In this document: piece after piece, positions 57,265-64,000 of the stretch
Numbering within the stretch: position 1 is the first letter of the stretch
How the letters are laid out: each line of letters begins with the position of its first letter
Origin: Octopus sinensis
Taxonomy: Eukaryota
Direction: 5' to 3'
DNA: 64,000 nt
NCBI RefSeq assembly: GCF_006345805.1
Contig: NC_042998.1
Location: forward strand, 175,398,001 to 175,462,000
Notes under the pieces: model-generated
What the model saw: the letters and a program-made list of their open reading frames with translations, nothing else
Told to the model about the DNA's origin: nothing
Database searches by the model: none
Translations under genes and position numbers: made by a program

Positions 57265-58199
57265 GGTGATAAATGTCTTGAATAAATAGTTGTTTAGAGA
57301 ATTGCTTGACTCACACAATGTTACCTTCAATGATGATGTTTTAAATATGGAACAACAATGAGTGGTGAAAGGGCTTTTATGACCTTCACAGGCCACATGT
57401 ACAGCCCTTTCTCTCAGATTAAATAAAGATTGTGAAGAGGATGCTGGCCAAGATGGAAGAGCTGAAATTCAGATGCAAATGAAAGCATTCTCAACTGAAG
57501 AGCTTAATAGAATTTTTTTTTTAGAATTTTTGAAAATAGAAAGCAAATGATGCTGGGTACAAACGCTGATGTTAAGAGAGAGAGATACCAATCAGAAAAC
57601 AAGTTGAAAATGTAATCAACTGCTATAGTATCATGTAAATTATGAAAGGGTTGTGTGAACCATTCACACAGTCCATGGACCCCAAGAAATGGAGGATTGA
57701 GTGAAATGAGGTAGCAGCTTCTTATTATCTAGCATACTAATAATAAATGCCCATTTTATAATATTTAAAAAGAGAACAATAGAAGCATTTTTATATAAGC
57801 TGATGCAAGTCAATAAATCTATAAAATTTGAAACTGCATGAAATTCATTTATTTTCTTCATTAATCATATAATTTTCTCACACATTTATTTATCTTTTTG
57901 TTTTTGCTTGTTTGATATAAAAAAAATTAGAAATTTGCTATTTTCCAAAGTCAAGATATATATCAGAGATTTTACATGTAAAGGATGGCTACTTATATTA
58001 TTTTGCTGGTTTAGATCATTGAAAAGTGGCTGTGCTGGGAGTATTGCTTTCACTGTTATAGTCTGGTGATGGCAAACCTATGACATACATGTCAGCAGTA
58101 ACACACCACAAGTTTTTCAGGGATACATGAACTCCTGAAATAATATGTTATGAAAAAAAAAAGCTTATCTATAAGCATTTATCTAAAATTATAATACAT

Positions 58200-58532
58200 C
58201 AAAATGAAAATCAAATGGAAATTGTAGTTAAGATACCCGTGCCGGAAACACGTTCAAAGCACCGTCCGAACGCGGCAGATGCCAGCGCCGCCTGACTGGC
58301 GTCTGTGTCAGTGACACATAAAAGCACCAACCGATCGTGGCCGTTTGCCAGCCTCGTCTGGACCCTGTGCTGGTGGCACATAAAAAGCACCCACTACACT
58401 CATGGAGTGGTTGGTGCTAGGTAGGGCAGTTGTAGAAACACTGCCAGATCAGACTGGAGACTGGTGCAGACCCCAGTCGAACCATCCAACCCATGCTAGC
58501 ATGGAAAACGGACGTTAAACGATGATGATGAT
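58200..58532 (+). mobile_element. SINE family B with three internal repeat units
   Basis: Same tail; repeated aaagcacc units. Confidence 0.85.
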
Positions 58533-58799
58533 TCATATATATGATATTGTAATAACAGGATTATTAAATAAATTACTTTTTTGATATACCAGGATAAAAA
58601 ACTTTGTTCTTGTATAGTCAATTATATTAATTCCCAACTAATTTTATCTACAAGGGGTGGATAAAAGGCAAAGTCAGTTTAGGCTGGATTTCAAAAGGGG
58701 ACACAGCCAAGTACCACTCAGTATTTTGTTCAATACTCTACTGATTTTTCTAGCTGATATCTCTCTCTTCTTAGTTAAGCAGAGGAGAGACATCAGGCA

Positions 58800-59090
58800 G
58801 GACCTCTCAATCTGGTGAATTTGAGATGTTGATATATTCTTTGAATAACTGTAAGGCCAACGTCTGCAACATAAAATGTAGTTGAGTGGGAAATTCTAGA
58901 GGGCTATGGCTGAAAGTAGAAAAAATTTGGACAAAGTCTTTAGTGTGGGATTGTTGATGAGACAGAGTCGGGATGTATTGGGTGTCGAGAATATCAGAAG
59001 AAACAATGTGTCTGTGAATCATTTGATGTAGCTTGATGGTAGTAATCACTTGAGTGACCTTTTGGATGCAAACTAGAATCAAGATACTTC
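58800..59090 (-). mobile_element. Degenerate LINE C-terminal remnant
   Basis: LVCIQK..HRHIVSS..LQLFKEYIN resembles a post-RT C-terminus; weak. Confidence 0.45.
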
Positions 59091-59299
59091 ATTATCTCTG
59101 AAATCACCCAGTCTACCTTAGTATAAAGAGGTACTACATTTTGTTAGCAGAAGCAGCAGTATTGAATTCAACACATTTTTATGGATATTTGAAGAAAGCA
59201 TTGAGAGAAAGAAGTGGTTCCTATATTCAGCTTTATACTACATAATGGACCAAACAAGTATCTAATCAATGGATACCTGCATTTACCTATTGTATAGAT

Positions 59300-59500
59300 C
59301 AGTGCTTTTCAAACTTTTTGCTGGAGCGGAACCCCAAGGAAACATTCCACTGGCTCGGGGAACCCCTGTGCAATAATTTAATAGTCTTATGCACACATAT
59401 CTGCACAGGAAAATTAAAAATTACTGCCGATTTTAGCAGTTTTGTAACTTCTTGCGGAACCCCAGGAGTGTACTGGCGGAACCCTGGTTGAAAACCACTA
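59300..59500. mobile_element. hAT (Charlie-like) MITE
   Basis: TIRs CAGTGCTTTTCAA / TTGAAAACCACTA; repeated GGAACCC motifs; degenerate 8-bp TSD gtatagat/gtatactc. Confidence 0.8.
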
Positions 59501-59994
59501 GTATACTCATTAACTTCCCACATACAAGTGTTATATATATATGCAAACTAGGCAACTCAGGCCATGCATACACTGCCTTTGTCAACAAAGAACTTGTAAA
59601 CAAACCAAGAGTGCCTTCTGTGTGGTGACTTAGCATGCTAGAAATAGCAATCAAATCTCCCTCATATTACAATCAACTGTCTTAATAAAGAAGGAAAAAA
59701 TATTTTGCATTAAGTAGTTTCAGATATGCTATTTCTGAAAAGATAGATTGATCACAAGTGATATACTTTTGATCAACAACATCTTTCTAATCTCTCAAAT
59801 AATATATTTATCTATGTATGTAATATATTGAAAGTCTCAGTGAGTCAATTTTTACATTAAATTTGATATTTTATAATCTGGTTCACTAATGTGTGTATGT
59901 GCGTGAGTGTGTAATATATGTATGTATGCATGTATATCCTAATTTTACGATATAAGTACATGTCTCTGTGTTGGAGGTGACTAAAAAAGTTGGC

Positions 59995-60123
59995 AACTGG
60001 GGTCTGGGAAGCCAGAAGGCTGCGCCAGGCTCAGTCTGATCTGGCAATGTTTCTATGGCTGGATGCCCTTCCTAACGCCAACCACTCCATGAGTGTAGTG
60101 GGTGCTTTTTACGTGCCACCGGC
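59995..60123 (-). mobile_element. SINE family B, internal fragment
   Basis: ctggatgcccttcctaacgccaaccactcc..gtgcttttacgtgccaccgg-like block. Confidence 0.8.
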
Positions 60124-60133
60124 TATGAAAGTA

Positions 60134-60277
60134 GATAATGACGGTGACAACAATGATGATGATGATGGTAGTGGTAGTGATGATGATGATAGTAGTGGTA
60201 GTTGTAGTGATGGTGATGATGATGGTAGTGGTAGTGGTAGTGATGATGATGATGATGATGACAATGACAACGATGAT
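60134..60277. repeat. (GAT)n/(GGTAGT)n compound microsatellite
   Basis: Direct observation; it generates the spurious Asp-rich and His-rich ORFs. Confidence 0.9.
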
Positions 60278-60894
60278 TATATAAGGCCAATAAAACCAAA
60301 CAGAATTTTAAGAGAGCTTGTGAAAGCATTGGGCTCTGCAAGTACAAAATAAGAAAAATAAAAAAAAAAGGAAAGGGAGAAAAAAATAATTACATTGAAA
60401 AAAACAAAAAAACAAAAAAAAAACAGCCAGTAATGTAATTAGCTAATTGGTGTTTGTCTATTTATTAACTATGGAACTTTATCATCAATTGAAAAACTAC
60501 CTTTAACCTATAAATATAATCAGACAGTATTATTTGGTGATGCTGGCATGTCTAGTCATGTTAAGTATGTACAAAAACAAAAGAAAAATTTATTTTGAAA
60601 GATGCACTGAGCTGAGTTTTATTCTAAATTTAATATTTTATTATTATCCATTTCACTAATGTGCATTGACTGCTAGAGAGCTGTATGGCTAATGAAGAGA
60701 TAATAATACATTACCTCAGATGGATATTGCAAGCATTGACTAACTTAGAGATATTTGTGATTATTGTAGTCTTACAGCAGTCAACTAGTTTTTAATGTTG
60801 TTGTTTTGAGTTGCCTCAAGCAGCTCTTATTTTATAACACAGAGATGGCTACTTTGTATGTTTAAGAGCAACTCACATTTTTTACATATGCCAC

Positions 60895-61303
60895 ATTTGG
60901 CAGACACCCATAAAATTATTAACCATCTTACAAACAATAACTCTGAGCACCTTTTCAAACTCCATCTGTCTAACACCCGTGGACATGTTTACAAAGTCAG
61001 AAAACAGCACAGCTCCCATGACTTTTGGAAACATTTTTTTACGCTAAGAGTTGCTGAAGTATGGAACAAACTGCCGGCATCAGTTGTTAGTTGTTGGAGC
61101 ACTGCATCCTTCAAAACTTCCATGCTTCCTGAGATTCGCCAACACTACACCTGATTTTCTCCCCTCCATACACACGCAAGCATGTATCTGCCTCATACAC
61201 TGTTCACTTTCCAGACATTTGTACATTACTGCATATGCTTTATATGCACTTTTGACAAGTTGTGGTGCACCTGAGCACTGCATACAATAATTTCATTATT
61301 ATT
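60895..61303 (+). mobile_element. CR1-clade LINE 3' end (ORF2 C-terminus plus 3' UTR)
   Basis: KIIN..LF..NTRGHVYKV..FFTLRVAEVWNKLPASVV..FK matches the CR1 TRGH..FF..RV..WN.LP signature; ends in (ATT)n. Confidence 0.88.
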
Positions 61304-62093
61304 AACATTTCAATCAAGTTTACAATCATGATGTATTTAACTTTGCTGTTGTGTAATCCCAAGTCAACCATGATTGAATAGACTTATGATCACAGTTAGT
61401 GAATTGCCAGAGTCAGTAGAGCATTGGGTGAAATGTACTGTGTATTTGGTACCTTGCAGTCTGAGTTCAAATCCCAGACCCAATCACCTTTTTGAAAGTA
61501 ACATATCATGAAGTACTGCTTTCTGCAGCAATAATACGTGATTTCTCTTCCCACTTGTTTCTACCAGTTTAGGTGGCCTGTGAATGGGTCAGTGACCTTA
61601 TCTTCTTTTCACTCATCTCCTCATCATTCATCCTCTCTCTGCTATTTATTGTGTTATTTAACTAGTGTAAGTAAAGGAAGCAGTACCTGATATGCAGTAC
61701 TTCTACATTTTCTGTACTGTCAGTCATCACTCCCTCTCCAATCAGTCCACTAATAAAAGATATTCTATCTCGGATTTGAGATTAGTAATCTTGAAGGGCC
61801 CTTTCTGAGCTAAAATAGATAACAGGTGTATTATATTAGGTGGTGGCTATAATAGTCGTAAGAAAAATACCCTGGAAAAAAGTCAAACCTTACTTCAAAA
61901 GACACTGAGTTGTCATATGCATGAGGAAGATCCTTTCCATGTGGTTTATTTATCAAAAGTGAAAGTAACTCTGAAATCAGTCTCAATGTTACTAAACTGA
62001 AATGTCACAATGTTGCTAAACTGAACGAGTTAGTGGGTCTTTAAAATATTCTTGGTCTATTGTCTAAAAGATTGTTTGTTTTTTTTATATGCC

Positions 62094-62517
62094 GCAGGAG
62101 TGGTTGTATGGTAAGTAGCTTGCTTACGAACCACATGGTTCAGGGTTCAGTCCCACTGCGTGGCACCTTGGGCAAGTGTCTTCTACTATAGCTTCAGGCT
62201 GACCAAAGCCTTGTGAGTGGATTTGGTAGACGGGAACTGAAAGAAGCCTGTTGTATATATGTATATGTATGTATATATATATATGTGTGTGTGTGTGTTT
62301 GTGTGTCTGTGTTTGTCCCCCCTAACATCGCTTGACGACTGATGCTGGTGTGTTTACGTCTCCGTAACTTAGCGGTTCGGCAAAAAGAGACCGATAGAAT
62401 AAGTACTTGGCTTCCAAAGAATAAGTCCTGGGGTTGATTTGCTCGACTAAAGGCGGTGCTCCAGCATGGCCACAGTCAAATAACTGAAACAAGTAAAAGA
62501 GTAAAAAAGATTAAGAG
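62094..62517 (+). mobile_element. SINE family A, full length, well preserved
   Basis: Near-identical to the 7176 copy but with more intact CpGs; possible TSD TATGCC. Confidence 0.9.
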
Positions 62518-62705
62518 TATGCCATTGTATATGTAATACAGCAAGTTAGAAATTTTTGAGTTGTCTCCCTCTTCTCTTTTGATAGTAATTAGTTCTTTAT
62601 ATAATATGTTTTCATCATTAAGTGAGTAATTTGATAAAAATTTCTTGGTTGACTGCATTGAGTATGCCAGCTCTTTCTAGAATACTATGCTACACAGTGT
62701 GTCTG

Positions 62706-63116
62706 ACATTATCCCAAAACAGCTCTTCTATGGTGAACTCGGCCAGGGCAGGCGCAAAGTTGGAGGGCAGAAGAAGCGCTACAAGGATAGTCTCAAGGTC
62801 TCTCTCAAAGACTTCTCCATCGGAACAGAGACCTGGGAGACACTTGCTGCCAACCGCTCATCCTAGCGCAGCGCAATCACCGTGGGAGCAAGGACAGCCG
62901 AGGAGGGACGGATTCGGTCAGCGGAGCAGAAACGTCAGATGCGTAAAGCCAGAGCCGCCTGCACCAGTAGCACGGCCCCTACCCACTTCTACCCCACCTG
63001 TGGGAGGGGCTTCCTTGCCCGGATTGGCCTCACCAGCCACCTCCGGTCTCATGGCGCCAGTTCCATCAGATGATGTCAGTTGGTCATCTTCGAACCGAAG
63101 GACGAACATTATTATA
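62706..63116 (+). mobile_element. RTE-clade LINE 3' end with C-terminal C2H2-like finger
   Basis: Frame reading IPKQLFYGELGQGRRKVGGQKKRYKDSLKVSLK..WETLAANRSS*RSAI..FYPTCGRGFLARIGLTSHLRSH, then a short 3' UTR and (ATT)n; one in-frame stop. Confidence 0.9.
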
Positions 63117-64000
63117 TAACCCTCAATAACTGTAAATATAAATACCATGTGAGAGGGATATGGCTCACCACTGTAATCTGGGATGGGTTTCCATGTAACC
63201 GTCAAGTGCTTCCTTAGTATGATATAAAGGGCTGTATTTACATCCTCCCATGGACAAAACATGCAGTAAAGACTATCAAGGAAAAATAGTCTTCATTTGA
63301 ATAAAAGTTCATTCACATTGTCGTACTATCCAGTAAGTGAAAGCCACTAAAAATTAAATTTAAAACCATTACCAAACTGTCAGATTGTCAGTGAAATGAA
63401 GAGTGAGTTCTTCATTGATGAAAGACATTTCTATCTAGTGCAAGCTGATAATATTAAAATAGACAAACTGGACATACATACATACAAAATAAGGTGTCCA
63501 AAGCGACAGATTTATATGACAAGCTGCCATCACCAACCATTTTTATTTTTGCATTTTTATTTTTACTCCGTTAAATGGACAAATCCTTTTGAAGGATAAA
63601 ATGAATTCAGATTGAGCCACGAAAGTAGATTGTAGTTAAGAGGCTTTGGGTTATTGCATGCACGAGAAATGAGATGACGGTATCAGTTCAGACATGGAAG
63701 AAATTAAGCAGACATAAAAGCTATTGAAAAATACAGAAATAGAGAAAAATGTAACAGCAATAGAAAAATAGAAAAAAAAATAGTAAAAAGAAAGAGAGAG
63801 GGAGAGAAAGAACAGAAAATTAAATAAAAAAAAACTGCAAAAAGTTTATGAAAAAAAGGAAAGAAAACCGAAGAAGTTGGGAAATGGTATTTGGTTGGTT
63901 TGTTGATTAGTGGTTGTTGGGTTAGGCATGAAGAAATGAAGATGTGTTGGTGGAGTTTTAGGTTTGATTTAAGAGAATTAAACCTTGAAGATGAAACGAT

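Noticed and set aside
60123-60347. His-rich ORF (-) and Asp-rich ORF (+)
   Set aside because: Both are translations of a (GAT/GGTAGT)n microsatellite fused to a SINE fragment; no splice or coding context.
62622-63119. 165-aa ORF, the longest in the track, as a novel gene
   Set aside because: It is an alternative frame of the GC-rich RTE fragment; the RTE motifs lie in another frame.

Overview
AT-rich animal genomic DNA. The SINE families and (CA/TA)n density resemble octopus (inference from memory, not a database hit). The window holds one complete protein-coding gene on the + strand: the AP-3 adaptor complex beta subunit (AP3B; co-orthologue of vertebrate AP3B1/AP3B2). I reconstructed 24 coding exons by hand from 216 to 52456. 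All introns are GT-AG, phases are consistent, and the CDS is 3249 nt (1082 aa), with an adaptin N-terminal trunk, an acidic hinge, an LLDLD clathrin box and a C-terminal ear. Introns and the 3' flank are packed with dead transposons: mariner, a DD37D/maT-like element, Tigger/pogo, hAT and piggyBac-like MITEs, two non-autonomous Helitrons, CR1/Jockey-like and RTE LINE ends, and several tRNA-SINE families with clear TSDs. Most ORFs in the supplied track are spurious. The most unusual signal is three unrelated short repeats (12.3, 23.6-24.0 and 46.6-46.9 kb) that share one minimal hammerhead-ribozyme-like architecture (helix I - CUGANGA - extra A - helix II - GAAA - 2 nt - UH). Two of them are fold-back elements and one has a 13-bp TSD, suggesting non-autonomous Penelope-like ribozyme retroelements. 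Also notable are a candidate 18-nt in-frame microexon or recursive splice site in the 14-kb intron, a palindromic double-CTAG Helitron end and a TAA-TGA-TAG triple stop.
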